Positions 1 through 30,630 of a stretch of DNA of 64,000 nucleotides are shown in pieces (within the stretch, counting starts at the first letter, position 1; every line of letters begins with the position of its first letter). The translations under genes and the position numbers were made by a program. The notes under the pieces are model-generated. The model had not been told where the DNA came from. It worked only from the letters and a program-made list of their open reading frames with translations, and searched no databases. Source of the DNA: the human T2T-CHM13v2.0 reference genome, Homo sapiens; NCBI RefSeq assembly GCF_009914755.1, contig NC_060944.1; one strand, written 5' to 3'.

Positions 1-610
1 CCTCAAATGATCCACCCGCCTCAGCCTCCCGAATCTCCCCTTTTTTTCACACAAGGATTAGCAGAGTCAGTTGTCTGTCAGGGCTTTTTGCCCCCAGTAG
101 TGTACAACTCTGCTCTGTAAGTGATTTTCTTTAAGGAAACTACTGTGTAGGTTAGCATTTATGACAAAATGGGGAATTGGTCCTTTCTGTTGATCTGTGG
201 TTCTTTAACTTGAATGAGCAGGTAAATCAGCTCCTTCTTCCTAAAAAATATGCATATTTTTGGGTCATGTCCCCTACCTACCCTGCCAGTTCAGTCTCTG
301 GGGCAGTGACTGAAGTCTGCATTTATAACAGGAGATGCTATGGAAATGATCTTGTTTCTAGAGTCTCTGGCTGAAGCAGCTCTTATTTTTTGTTTTCTTC
401 ATGCTGTAACTGATTCTACATTTGAAATGTGGGGAGGCTGATACTGTGTGAACAGCTTTGTAGAAAGAGAAAAGGAAGATTTAGGCCCACACGTGCAGGT
501 GCTAGCTTGGCTGTTTTCTTCTATTGGGGGAAGAGGGATTGTGCTTCCCCCCCAACCCCCACCCCGCCCCTTTTTTTTTGCCTAGATAGCCTTTAACGAT
601 GTCAATGTCT

Positions 611-908
611 GGCCAGGCGCAGTGGCTTATGCCTGTAATCCCAGCACTTTGAGGGGCCGGGGCAGCGGATTACCTGAGGTCAGGAGTTCAAGACCAGCCT
701 GGCCAGCATGGTGAAACCTAGTATCTACTAAAAATAGAAAAATTAACCTGGCGTGGTAGCATGTGCCTGTAGTCCCAGCTACTCGGGAGGCTGAGACAGA
801 AGAATCGCTTGAACTCAGGAGGCAGAAGTTGCAGTGAGCTGAGATTGCACCATACTGCACTCTAGCCTGGGTGACAGAGCGAGACTCCGTCTCCAAAAAA
901 AAAAAAAA
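611..908 (+). mobile_element. Alu (S-type), full length
   Basis: ggccaggcgc... dimer with A tail; TSD gatgtcaatgt. Confidence 0.95.
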
Positions 909-1564
909 GATGTCAATGTGCTGTGCTTCCCTTTTAGGGTGACTTGGTGGTATTGATCCCTTGGTCTGTGACAGGCCCTGTGCTAGGTTGTTTCCATATC
1001 TTATCGTATTTAGTCTTTACACAAACATGGAAAGGTTATTGCCATTAACCCCATTCTTATTTTGCAGATGAGGAACTAAGCTCACAGGGGGAAACTGCTT
1101 GAGGTTATAAAGCGCTTGGATGGTAGAGCTGAGATCTGCATGGAGGTCTGTGGTTCTACAGAGTCCCTAAACTGTCGTTCCCACAGTACCAGGCTGCCTC
1201 TTTGGAGCAGGGTTTTCCTAAGAGGGCAGGTGTTGTCAATTAGGTCCAGGTGTTCACTGATAGAATGCGAGAGTGGATGTAGTGGTCTGCACTTTCTGGA
1301 GCCGGTGTTGTCTTGAGAACCATGGTTGGGAGACAGGGTCTGGTCCCAGCTCCTGCTCAGTGATTATGGGCGGTTCACTGCCTTTGCTCTGGACTCTTTT
1401 GAGCAGTTAGAAGTCAAAGAGGGAGTGGGAATAGATGAGTGTTGTATTGGCCACAGAACCTAAACCCAAAATGTAAAATTGCTAAGAAGAAAATACTTAG
1501 AGGGAGGGGAAGGCATGCCCACAAACATATGCACATCCCCACCCCTCAATCTGTGGAAGCCTAA

Positions 1565-1873
<309 letters not shown>

Positions 1874-1907
1874 TGACTAATCTTTTTTTCCTTTTTTTTT
1901 TTTTCTA

Positions 1908-2341
<434 letters not shown>

Positions 2342-2439
2342 TGAGAAAACATGTTTGAAAACCCTCCGTTTTCCATCTGTGGCATTCTGGAATAATCTGA
2401 CTTCCGAAGAGTGAATGAGATAGAAAAGAAGCCCTGGAC

Positions 2440-3082
<643 letters not shown>

Positions 3083-4479
3083 TAGATTTCATGAGCAACA
3101 GAAATCTGTCCAATCCAAAATCACCCATGTATTATCCCTATGTCTTTGGTCCTAGAGAACATGAGCTTGTTATGCATCTCAGTTTTGTTCTTAGAACCCT
3201 TTTAGTGTTACTGACTGCTATAAGATTGTCTGCAATGCTGAGTCCTTAACCCTCAGAGGGGCAAGACCAGGAATCTTTGTTTCATCTTAAAGTCTAAGGA
3301 CAAAAACTCCTTGAGGGAGTCTGAGGCAGGTAGCCCTTCTGTCACGTTAGAGGAGATGGAACAGGATACACTTATTTTGAGTTCCTTCATTTACATGTTG
3401 TTTGTTAGGTAGTGTTTGTGGCCACAGGAGAACTCTATTATTAGCTACCTACGGGAGGATTCCATGTGAAGACAATCTTTTAGTAATATACATGAAACCA
3501 TCTGAGTAAAATGTGGGCCTCTCTGTTGTCCATTATTCTGTCTGATTTATTGAAGCCCAAGTTAGGCTGTGTTTAGCATGAAAGTTTCAAGATGATCCTT
3601 TGTAGTCCTTTGGAAGTTAAAAGGATCAAAGACCGAGATATATCTAAGGACGGTCATCCCTTAGCACCTTTGGCCATAGTTTGGGTCATTTCAGCACTCT
3701 GAAATGGGTCTGTGGTTTGGAATTAGACTGAGGAGCTTGAGCAATAGGCAGTGCGGGGTGGTGGGAAAAAATTGGTTGGAGGTCAGTAGACAGGCTTGGA
3801 TTCCAAAGATAGCTGTCTCAGACTTAATCATGGAACTCAGGTTCCTTTTATGTAAGTCCTCCTTCTGGAATCTGCCATCAGGAGTAAGCTTCAAAATTAA
3901 CTCCAAGTAGCTGAAAATGTTGGACTGTTAGGTAACATTACTCAATATTGACTTTTGGATGTTGGAAATGCCTGTAAAAATGGCAGTTTTCATTTTGATG
4001 TAACTGATCCTGAACTAACTTTGTTGATAAAATAGTTGAAAGTAGAGTCTTGGGTGGTTTGTTGGCACACATAATATTTAAGATTTCAAGATAACTGGAG
4101 TCTTAAAACTCCCATCCCCCCATCTCCGTCCCCAGACTTGCCAGAGTTGCACCATGGTTGCTTGAGAGGGTTCTGTTTAGAATTCCATAGCATTGTTTAT
4201 CATAACTGCTTTGCTTGCCAACACCCTGACAATATAGGCAGGTAAAAACAGGAACCCAGACCTTTGTTGTAAGTACTCATAAGTCATTGCTGAGCTGCCT
4301 GTGTAGATAATTGTTTATGCTCTTATCCTTTTATGTTCTTATCCTTTTATCATAGCCTGTTCATCTAATTGTTGTTGTCATCTAATTGCTGATGTTTTAA
4401 CCCAACCAGGCATAACTATGTATCTTTATATCTTGTTTGCTAGCCAGTTTCTTTTTTTTATATTTTTAATTTTTTTAAA

Positions 4480-5200
<721 letters not shown>

Positions 5201-5305
5201 GCTAGCTAGTTTCGTCATGTATTGGTGACACCTGTGACAAATAATCACCTTTATTTTGTAATTACCAGGAATAAAGGTCAGTAGGTAATTACTAATTGTC
5301 TATGG

Positions 5306-5491
5306 CAGTGGTTCTTGGACTTTGGTGTACATCAGAATCACCTGGAGGAGTTGTTAAAAATGCACATTCCTGTGCCCTGTTCCCAGTTGCTGTTTCAGTG
5401 TATCTGAGGTGGGACTGGTAACTTGCATTTCTAATGAGTTCCCAGGAGTTGCTCATGCTGCTGCTGTGGGACCACACTTTGAGAAGCACTG
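5306..5491. mobile_element. MER5A (hAT-Charlie DNA element)
   Basis: TIRs cagtggttct...agaagcactg; catcagaatcacctggagg core. Confidence 0.85.
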
Positions 5492-6539
5492 GTTTACTCT
5501 GAGGCAGGTACTGTGTGTGGAAGAAAGTGGTATAAGTTATGGTCTCTGGCCTTGAAGAGCCTGCTTTTGAGTTGTGATCTGTACTTATATGAAGGTAGAC
5601 CTAAGTTTGAAGCTCTGTAGGCTGGTGCCAAATGAGCCTAAGAAGTTCAGATCGGGGGTAATCATTAGTAGCTGAAAAGCCCGGAAGCTTTTACAGAACT
5701 GTTGTGGGTATTTGAGCCAGGCACTTAAAGATCAGTGAGTGGCACATTCCCAGAAGGAAAACACTTTTAATACAGATGTGGAGTTAGAAGTGTCGCTGGC
5801 AGTTTCAGTGGGTAGCTTGTCACTTTGAGTTGGTGGGTATTGGATGGTGGTAATGGGAAATAAGGTTTGGAAAATTATTGGGGTCAGATTGTGTTGGAGG
5901 TTGAATACTTTTGGACTTCATTTGGTACCCGTGATTAGCCATTGACTAGGCCCTGTTGAGGACTGGCGGTGGAGGGGTGTGGGAAGAGAATGTATCAGAA
6001 GGAGAAAACCAGGTCTTAACTTTGTTGTTGCATTCTTCGGCTCCCAGGCCTCAGGGTTTTTTGCAGGGGGTGGGGGAATTGGTTCTAAAAAGAGAAAAAC
6101 CTGTTTACTAGTGGAAACCATTACGTGATTACCAATGGTTTACTGAATCTTGACAAGATTAATTGTGATTATTTTAAATCCCTGGGGCAAAAATGGGTGG
6201 GGCATGAATTGGCTCTAAGATGCAAAATTTGAAAGTGTTGTTTGGGTACAACTAATGAGAACTTCTGTAGTTGGACACCTTATTTGGGAAGATAAGATTA
6301 TCTGGGTTTCCAGCTTAAGGTTTTTAGCAGGGACGGATCTTTATTGAATAATTTTTTTCTAATGGGAAAAAACTAACAGTGTAGCAGAAAAAAACTAACA
6401 ATGTAGCAGCAAACATTTTGTGTTTTGACCAAGTCTCTATTTTAGAACATTGTATCATGAACATAATTCAAATGGATTTTGAGTTGTGGAAATAGAACAC
6501 ATCTCTTGAAACACAATACCTTTAGCTGAATGATGTTCC

Positions 6540-9518
<2,979 letters not shown>

Positions 9519-11421
9519 GATTCAAAGGATTTTGATACATGATACCTTTAGTGGTAACCTCAAGAATGTTTTTGCCTTTTGCTGGTTTTCCTTTTCAGAA
9601 AATTAACAAAATTATTACATAAAGCTTTGGCCCTGATGATGCTTTTTCTTTGTTCACTTGTCTCTCTGGCATGTAAGGAGCCATACAGTACTCTAAAACA
9701 TTATTTTGGCCTTAAATTTGGCAATTTTTGTGTTAGGTTTGTAGAACGAGTTAATATAGAGGACAGAATTATAAACTTGTCCAGAATTGGCAGGTTATAT
9801 CCAGAACCTTCCCAAGTGGAAGTCCAGGGCTCTAGATAACAATTGTTCATCTGTTTACTCTGCGATACTCAGTAAATTGATGGATAGCACTCACAGTGCT
9901 TTGGCTTGGAGGTGGGTGCCTTACCCAGTGAGGATTTCTGGGTGCCATGCTTCATTTCTCATTTCCCAATGGCCTCTGAGTGTCTGACCTTAGCCCGGTA
10001 GGCCCTTAAGCACAGGCCCAAGGCTCCTGGACTTGGCTTCTTTTCCAAGAGGGTACAGTGGTTTGGCTAGAGTTATCTGTCATGGGCAATTTCAAAGGTT
10101 TTTCGTATACTATTGGAATAGATTGAGTTTTTTTTTTTTTTCTGTAGGACTGCACTGCCTTATAAATGTTTTGATAGTCTCTATATTAGTAACACTTATG
10201 TTTTTGAAGTTATAATACGTTTACTGTAGAAAAATATATAAGTACAAAGCACAAAGAAAATAAAAACTATAATTCCATCAAACAGATATCATTGTTCTTA
10301 ACGTTTTGGTGTGTAACTTGACTTAACAATTTGATGTATACATCTTTCTGTGTTTTTTATTAAACGTACGTGTGTGTATTTATTTATTTTCAAAATTGGA
10401 GTTGTGGTACATTAATATAGTACTGCTCTTTTAACTAACATTTCCCCATGTTCCTTAATATTCTGAGAATATAATTTTTAACAGCTATGTAGTATTCTGT
10501 AATATGTATGTAACTACTTTGTGTAACCAATTCCCAAATGGTCATTAAGGATATTTGTAAATCCAGGTACACAAGTCTGATTATTATTTTAGCTAATTTT
10601 ATTTCTAGGAATTTATTCTAGTTCAAAGGTATAACCTTTTTAGTTTTGACTCAAATTGCCATCTCCTCCCTGAACTCCCAACAAGAAGGGCAATTTCAGT
10701 TTATATTTCTGCTGGCTGTTACCGAGAATGCCTGTTCTCAAACCTGGCTGCTTTCAGAATAGTTTGGGGGACTTGAAAAAATATTTCCTTGTTTATTATT
10801 TTTCCCTGTAGAACAAATTAAACTTTTATTTGTTGAGTATTTAGGTACTCCTTCCTGCTTCCAGTGAAAACCTATGTGCCTAGTGTGTGCTAGGTGCTGG
10901 GCATCCCATATGAACATAGTATGGTGGTCTCTGCTCTTTTGAGGTCCTAGAAGAGAGATATGTACACAAATAAACTTAATTATAGTTTTGGAATCTCTAG
11001 AGCTTTCAGACCTGGCCTTATTATGAAACAGTCACAATAGAGGACCCTCGATTTTTAGTGTGAATTTTAAAGAATGTAATTTAGGGAGAACATAACTAAG
11101 AAGCGGTATTTCCTACCAATAGACAAAAACTCCAAGTAGCTCAGGAACATAGTAGGTGGCTTGTTGAACTGAGCACAGCCTTTACCTGATAGAGAAAGCA
11201 GAGACCCTGGTTCTGGGTTGGATAATCTTTATAGTTTTCCTGTTAAGCTTCCAGTTATCAGTTTTTGTTTTTCTATAGACAAGACATCAGCATTTGCTGG
11301 CAAACTGAACCAGGCCTCTGAAAAGCTCTGGGTCAGTATAGTCATGCTGGGGATAAGGACAGAGCATGAAGGCATTTTCTTCGAACACCTTTGTCAGAAA
11401 GATTGCTTTCCAGAATTTTAA

Positions 11422-11730
11422 GGCCAGGCATGGTGACTCATGCCTACAATCCCAATACTTTAGGAGGCTGAGGCAGGAGGATTGCTTGAGCCCAGGAGTT
11501 TGAGACCAGCCTGGGCAACATAGGGAGACCCTATTGCTACAAAAAATAACAATAAAAAACTTAGCTGGGTGTGGTGAAACATGCCTGTGGTCCCAGCTAC
11601 TCAGAAGGCTGAGATGGGAGGATCGCTTGGGCCTGGGAGGTCGAGGCTGCATGAGCCATGATTGTGCCACTGCATTCCAGCCTGGGCAACAGAGAGAGAC
11701 TCTGTCTCAGAAACAAAAACAAACAAAAAC
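11422..11730 (+). mobile_element. Alu (J-like)
   Basis: ggattgcttgagcccaggagtttgag motif; TSD ccagaatttt. Confidence 0.9.
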
Positions 11731-11988
11731 CCAGAATTTTATTTTCTAGTGACTTATTCGTCATAATAAGGGAGATTGCACTGTCTCCGGAATAATTGAA
11801 TTGTTTTAAGTTTAAGGATTGGTTCTCAACTCAGTACAGGTGGCTGTTGTCAGTGGTGCTTTGTATATGTGATCTGGCGTATGTCTTGTTTTAATTTCTT
11901 TGTTTGTCTTCATAAGTTTGTAAGAAACTCCTAATTTTGTATTTGCAAGTAATCACGAAGTGTTTCATCGCTATTTTGCTCATTTTAG

Positions 11989-12376
11989 AATATTGTGGGT
12001 AATGCTAGGCCTAAAGAAACAGATCACAAAAGTCTTTCATCATCTCCTGATAAACGAGAGAAGTTTAAAGAACAGAGAAAAGCAACAGTGAATGTGAAGA
12101 AAGACAAAGAAGATAAACCCTTAAAGACAGAAAAGCGACCCAAGCAGCCTGATAAAGAAGGAAAGTTAATCTGTTCTGAAAAGGGGAAAGTGTCAGAGAA
12201 AAGTCTTCCCAAGAACGAGAAGGAAGACAAGGAAAACATTTCCGAAAATGACAGAGAGTATTCTGGAGATGCCCAAGTGGATAAGAAACCTGAAAATGAC
12301 ATTGTGAAGAGTCCACAAGAAAACTTGAGGGAACCCAAAAGAAAACGAGGCAGACCCCCTTCCATAGCTCCTACTG
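11989..12376 (+). CDS. PHF20: PHF20 coding exon (exon 6), Lys/Glu-rich linker with AT-hook KRKRGRPPS
   Basis: cattttag|AAT ATT GTG...CCT ACT G|gtgagt; 388 nt; NIVGNARPKETDHK...EPKRKRGRPPSIAPT. Confidence 0.97.
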
Positions 12377-13380
12377 GTGAGTTTTTTAAGTGGGCTCTGC
12401 AATGGGCAATGCCAGAGTATTCTTCTGTGGCCCTTTGTGGTTCTTTGTAACTTGTGTACGTCAATCGTTTATTTTTGTGACTGATTTTGAATTGTCTTAT
12501 GATCTGGAAACAAGTTGTGTTCATGAAGCTGAATTTAAGTGAGGTACATATCCAAGTGAATCTAAGTTGGGAAGCATGTTCATAACTGAGTTTGCTAAAG
12601 TAGTGGTTAACTGTTGACTAGATACTTCAGCTTATATGATAAAACCTGATAAACCGAGGCCTTTTGCTTATGCTTTTTCAAATGATCTCAGTTTAAGTCA
12701 GCTTAATAGAATCTAGAATCAGGAAATAGAGTTTTAATGAGACAGACATGAAAGAAAAGTAATAGTAAAAAGGTATGGGCTTCTGAAGGAGATGGGGACA
12801 AAGGAACATTGAAACTAGAAAAGCATGGGTGCATTTTGAAATTGAGCTCCTTGGAGAGTGATTATTGATTAGAAATTTTCACAGTCTAAATAAAAAGCCG
12901 AGATGGCTAATTGGTAAGAGTCAAGGTTAGAGGGTATAGATTTAGGGAAGAATGCAGTTATTAAAAAACTTAAAATTTGGAATTCTTCTAGAATAACCAA
13001 GAATGAAACAAGCCCTGATTTCTTCCTAAGCCAAACACTCGTTCTCCAAATCAATTCAATGGCATGAAGAGGCCCCCCCGGTTCTCTGGACTGAGCCTGC
13101 CATTGATTAATATGTGCAGTGACCTTCAGACATTCTTGATTGTGCATTCTTTATGTGTTCAGTTGAAAAACTGTGAATCCCCTAGCACGTTTTAAAGCAG
13201 TATTTATCTTTTTCTCACAAGTTTAAATAGCTGCAGTGGATACATTTAAAATACAAAACATGAAGGCTGAGTGCGTTGGTGCATGTTTGTTGTCCCAGCT
13301 ACTCAGGAGGCTGAGGTGGGAGGATTGCTTGAGCCCAAGAATTCCAAACCAGCCTGGACAATGTAGTGACACCCCATCTC

Positions 13381-13384
<4 letters not shown>

Positions 13385-13428
<44 letters not shown>
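13385..13428 (+). repeat. (CA)22 microsatellite in the tail of an Alu monomer (about 13265-13384)
   Basis: Perfect CA run. Confidence 0.95.
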
Positions 13429-13430
<2 letters not shown>

Positions 13431-13729
13431 TATTTTCATCAAAACTGTGGAACTACAGAGCAAACCTTTTCATTATTCCCTAACGATGTAGAGAATGCAA
13501 AGCCAGTCTTCCTTATCAAATCAGACTATCAGACTTAATTTCTGTGGAAAAAAATTTAACTTACTTCACATAAGTGTATTAGTACTCATTGTAAGATAGG
13601 AAATTATATAATAGGTTGATTTGTCTCTATATGAAATAAGGGATCTTTCCCTGTAGTGCTTGTAACTGGGTTTTGCCCTCAAGAGCTGAGGGTGCTGCAA
13701 TTGTCTGTAGGCCTAAATAGGGCCTAGAC

Positions 13730-15263
<1,534 letters not shown>

Positions 15264-15576
15264 ACTTTATGTTCACTGGCTTTCTCAACTGAGTTTTGGG
15301 AGAGAAGCCACAATACCCAAGGCATCCTTGATCTGTGATGGATTGACCTTAGTGCATTGAGAATGGTACTAGCTGTATACCACCCTTAGGAAAACAGAGA
15401 AAATATATCTCTGTTCAGATGGGGAACCCCAGTTGAGAAAATCTGGAAGTTTTAAACCTCCAGGCTGAGCACCATGTTAAGATGTGGGATGAGTGAGAGG
15501 CAGGCCCTTTTATGTAAAGTGGGAGAAGGGCAGTTAAAGGCAGTTATTATACAAGGAGAGGTGGAAAATGTAAACT

Positions 15577-15622
15577 GGCAGAAATCTGACATGTCCTTAG
15601 GCAGAAATCTGACATGTCCTTA
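15577..15622. repeat. Perfect 23-bp tandem duplication
   Basis: ggcagaaatctgacatgtcctta x2. Confidence 0.95.
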
Positions 15623-16215
15623 GCTCAGTTTAGGAAAGAGTATGTATGAGAATTGAGTGTTTTGAAACTAATTCTCCTTTAGGTATTCATGCCCTGGCTT
15701 ATACCCTCCAGAAGGTATGTACAGAAGTAGTTGTACCCCAACAAGCAGACTGCTCCTTTGAAGCCACATGACTCCATTGAGATAAGAACAAGGACATTCA
15801 GTTTTTATATTTTTATAAGTGTAGGATTTCATAATGAGTAGGATAAATTTAATATAGAAGGGATGTTTTCTAAGTTTATGGTTAATCCTTGCCCAAGGCA
15901 TTTGTGAAAACAGATTCCAGCCATGCCTCAGTTCTTTTCCAGTCAGACTGTCTGGATGGGAATCTGGGAATATGAATTGTTAACAAGCTTCCCAGATGAC
16001 TTATACTGTAAGAAGAGTTTGGGAAACACTCAAGTTCTGTACAGTCAGCTCCTATTTATATACGGTATCAAAGGGAAGAAGACTTGCCAAGTATCCCATA
16101 TATTGTTCACATCCCCTTAAAACATTACTTGGAATAAGTTCATTGATTTGTAGAGCCTTCCTTGAGCACCCTAGATTGTATAGACTTGATTGGGAACAGG
16201 ATCTGAGCTATTTAG

Positions 16216-18176
<1,961 letters not shown>

Positions 18177-18413
18177 TCATAGAAAAGATTCAGGAGGTCA
18201 ATTGGCAAGGTATCACCATCTCCTGTAAGGAAGTAATTTCTCACTCATTTTACTTTTTTTCTTTTATCTTAAGTAAGAATGCCCTTTTGATGGCCCATTT
18301 ATAATGCAGTGATTTCTGCATATATATATGTATATATGTTTTATTTATATATAAAAATGACAGACACTAAGAAATTATGTATCTTTTTTTGTGTGGTTTT
18401 ATAAACATGGTAG

Positions 18414-18527
18414 CTGTGGATTCAAACTCTCAAACTTTGCAACCAATAACATTGGAACTGAGAAGAAGGAAAATATCAAAAGGATGTGAAGTCCCATTAA
18501 AACGTCCTCGGCTTGACAAAAATTCAT
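18414..18527 (+). CDS. PHF20: PHF20 coding exon (exon 7), contains RRRKIS Akt phosphorylation motif (Ser291)
   Basis: catggtag|CT GTG GAT...AAT TCA T|gtgagt; 114 nt, phase 1-1; AVDSNSQTLQPITLELRRRKISKGCEVPLKRPRLDKNS. Confidence 0.96.
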
Positions 18528-18819
18528 GTGAGTCTACAGTTTGTTTATGTGTGGCTAGAATTTGACGTTGTTTGGGTCAACTTCCTCTATATTCATCCTG
18601 TCCCCCATTCCCTATAGGCTCTAATGTTTGTCTCTGGTCACATGAGGTAATGTGAGTTGGATGCAGTTGGATCAGAAGGAGTTTTTGCTAGAAGAAAAAT
18701 AAATCCCAAAGCACAAACTGTACTAATGTTGGGTTCTGTGGTATCATCTCCATATCCATAAATCACATTTGATTTGGATGCCACTGGAAATTTAATGGCT
18801 TAGGAAGGGATGGGTTTCA

Positions 18820-19534
<715 letters not shown>

Positions 19535-19930
19535 TTAAATAAATTTAAAATAAAATAGTATCCTGTTGGCTCCAAAAAGGATTTGTGATAGCTCTAAGTA
19601 AGGCTCTTATAAACCTTTTTAAGTCGACTTTGCAAGTTAGTACATTTGGGAAGCCCCAAAATAGAACATAGTTGTCAAGATTCGGACATGACCTAGCACA
19701 TGTTTTCAGACCATGAATCCTTAAAGAAGTGAAATTCTATCCTGGCAGGGACACTTTTCCCTTACTTAAAACTGTAAACTAGTAAAGGGTATTTCCTTTT
19801 ATCACTACTCTAACATTCCAGTAGTCTCTCTGTAAAGTCCTTTTAGAGACATCCAGCCCTGAAATCTGTAGTAGCACAGTTATTTCTTCTTGTTGGTCTC
19901 TTGACTACAACTCTCTTAATGGTTTAATAG

Positions 19931-20110
19931 CCCAGGAAAAGTCAAAAAACTACTCGGAAAACACTGACAAAGACTTATCGAGGAGACGTTCCTCCAGGCT
20001 GTCCACTAATGGGACCCATGAGATCCTAGATCCTGACTTGGTTGTATCAGATTTGGTTGATACGGATCCTTTGCAAGACACGTTGTCTAGTACCAAGGAA
20101 TCTGAAGAAG
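19931..20110 (+). CDS. PHF20: PHF20 coding exon (exon 8)
   Basis: ttaatag|CC CAG GAA AAG...GAA GAA G|gtgagt; 180 nt, phase 1-1; SQEKSKNYSENTDKDLSRRRSSRLS...STKESEE. Confidence 0.96.
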
Positions 20111-20625
20111 GTGAGTCAGTCTGTTCAGGAATTGTCTTGCCAACCTGGTTCCTATTTAGTGAGAATCAATGTAAATCATTATGTTCTGCCTTCCACAAGT
20201 ATTAAATTGTCTTGAAATCAAACTATTGAATGTGCTGCAGTGTTTTTATAATGTATTGCTCTTCACTGATGATTTATTCAATAGACATACTTTCTGGATG
20301 CATTTGTGGTTGGTTTTGCTTATCTACCGTTCAGTGTTGGCCTGGAGGTACACTGTTCGAAGAGCCCTGCTTCTCTCTCTCTGCTGCCATCTCATTCGTG
20401 CCTTTGTGTTTATACTTCCAGCTATTTTTCCTTTCACTTTAACCTCTTTCTTTGAGAAGCTCACAAGCCAGCCTGTATGTATGGGAACCTGTGAATGTAT
20501 GCTTTTATGTTTTAGATTAATTCCTTCCTCTAAAAAGTCCCTGGCTTTCTTAGACTGTTGTAGGACTTTTGATTTCAGAATTACATACATGTATATTTCC
20601 CCCAAACTTTCTTTTTTTCTTCTAG

Positions 20626-20805
20626 GTCAGTTGAAGTCTGCTTTGGAAGCTGGCCAGGTCTCATCTGCACTGACTTGCCACTCCTTTGGGGATGGATCCG
20701 GGGCTGCAGGCTTGGAGTTGAACTGCCCATCAATGGGAGAAAACACGATGAAAACAGAACCGACTTCTCCCCTTGTGGAATTACAAGAGATTTCGACTGT
20801 GGAAG
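20626..20805 (+). CDS. PHF20: PHF20 coding exon (exon 9)
   Basis: ttcttctag|GT CAG TTG...GTG GAA G|gttcat; 180 nt, phase 1-1; GQLKSALEAGQVSS...QEISTVE; donor is weak but required for frame with the next exon. Confidence 0.95.
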
Positions 20806-20889
20806 GTTCATATTTAGAGTTAAATTAATCCTCTTTTTATATACACTTTTGCTTATGCTTTGTGAACTAAAAAAAAAAAAATGACTTTT

Positions 20890-23460
<2,571 letters not shown>

Positions 23461-23466
23461 TTGACT

Positions 23467-26675
<3,209 letters not shown>

Positions 26676-26917
26676 AGACCCTATTCTAAGCTGTCTCATT
26701 GGTTGATACTCTACAAGAAGCACAGAATAAACAAGAGAGAAAAACAAATAGAAGTACAGGTCCATTCAGTTAAGTTCTTTTTACTAAATACCTGGTAGAA
26801 GTGGGACACTTTGCCACAGGATCCAGATCAGTGATTCTAACCCATGAAATCTTGCTGTGTTTGTTGTTAGTTATAAAACGAATGAATTGTCACTGAAGTA
26901 TCAAAAATTAACAGATG

Positions 26918-27030
26918 ATTTACTTATAAATTAACTAGTTAAGATTTAGCATGATGACTATAATAGTTTTTGCAAATTATTTACTTTTAAATTAACCAGT
27001 TAAGATTTAGTGTAATGCCTATAGTATTTT
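26918..27030. repeat. Diverged 61-bp-period tandem duplication
   Basis: atttacttataaattaactagttaagatttagcatgatgactataata vs atttacttttaaattaaccagttaagatttagtgtaatgcctatagta. Confidence 0.85.
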
Positions 27031-27362
27031 AGCTTTAATGAATTTGTGTTCTCTATGGTTTCTTGAGCAGGAGAGTCATAGATCTACAGCCATTTTAGTT
27101 TGGGAAATTGTGTGTGTCTATGGTTTTTCATATCATCAAGTATGTATTGTGATGGAAACTGATAGAGAATTCATTATTCTGGGGGTTAGAGAGATGAATG
27201 CGACATCTGTTCTAGGCCCTTCCAGGTCTTTCTGTCCAGACGAATGGATGAGACTTCAGATACCTATGATACAAGAAAGTAAGATGATGTCATGACAAAC
27301 TTAGAATGAAACTATGAGAATAGAGAGAAGAATGACAGTGAAAATGTGTGCCTGCTACATAG

Positions 27363-28706
<1,344 letters not shown>

Positions 28707-28717
28707 AAATTGACCTC

Positions 28718-29010
28718 TTCAAGACCAGCCTGGGCAACATGGTGAAACCCCATCTCTCCAAAAAAAAAAAAAAAACCCTCCAAAACAAAACAGAATAAAA
28801 CCCCAAAAAACCAAATTAGCCGGGTGTGGTGGCATGTGCGTGTAATCCCAGCTACTTGTGAGGCTGAGGTGGGAGAATCGATTGAGCCCAGGAGGTCAAA
28901 GCTATAATAAGCCATGATCATGGCAACACTGTGCTCCAGAGCTGTGACAGAGTGAGACCCTGTGAAAGAAGGAAAGAAAGAGAGAAAGAGAAAGGAGAGA
29001 GAGAAAGAAA
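28718..29010 (+). mobile_element. 5'-truncated J-like Alu with GA-rich tail
   Basis: Starts ttcaagaccagcctgggcaac directly after the HIGD1A retrocopy. Confidence 0.85.
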
Positions 29011-29509
29011 TTAATTGACTTCAACTCACTTACTGAGCCTTTACCATATGCCTAGGACTGCTAACTGTTGCGTATGCAAAGATGAGTGGGCACTCTTGGA
29101 CTTAGTGTTCATTAACTGCTATTTGGATTTGCTATTTGCCTCTTGGGGAGAGGTGATACTTAGGTTGGTGCTTTAGCGGCAGGGATGGAAGAAGGCGGTA
29201 CTTGCACGGGAACCTGAAGGATGGGCAGCAGTTAGGCATTTGAAAATGGAGGCAAAGCAGCTAGCACAGCATGACCATAGGGCGATTTCTGAGACTGTCA
29301 GGTATGTGTTTTGAGGTAATTGCAGACTTCCTGAAGTGGGTTAAGGTGGGGTAAGTTGCTGCCAAACTGAGGTTGGTTGCTTTGAGGAATTTACTGAGAA
29401 ACTGAAAAATGCTTCATTTTCAGGATAGGGAGATAGCCTGTGTTGGCAGGATTGCTTTCCTTCCATTTAGCTATTTTGTGGCCATAAGGTATTTTTTCTG
29501 CATATATTT

Positions 29510-30630
<1,121 letters not shown>

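Noticed and set aside
547-570. C-rich tract as a minus-strand G-quadruplex
   Set aside because: The motif fits, but such tracts are common and nothing here suggests function
12024-12524. 166-aa minus-strand ORF
   Set aside because: Antisense shadow of the purine-rich PHF20 exon 6; Ser/Phe/Leu low complexity with no independent gene signals
19931-19935. Alternative acceptor at cccag, 5 nt into exon 8
   Set aside because: It would frameshift; the upstream AG gives the known protein and nothing here supports use of the second
20869-20881. A run after exon 9 as a transcript end
   Set aside because: Genomic A tract with no upstream AATAAA or ATTAAA; apparent 3' ends here would likely be internal priming
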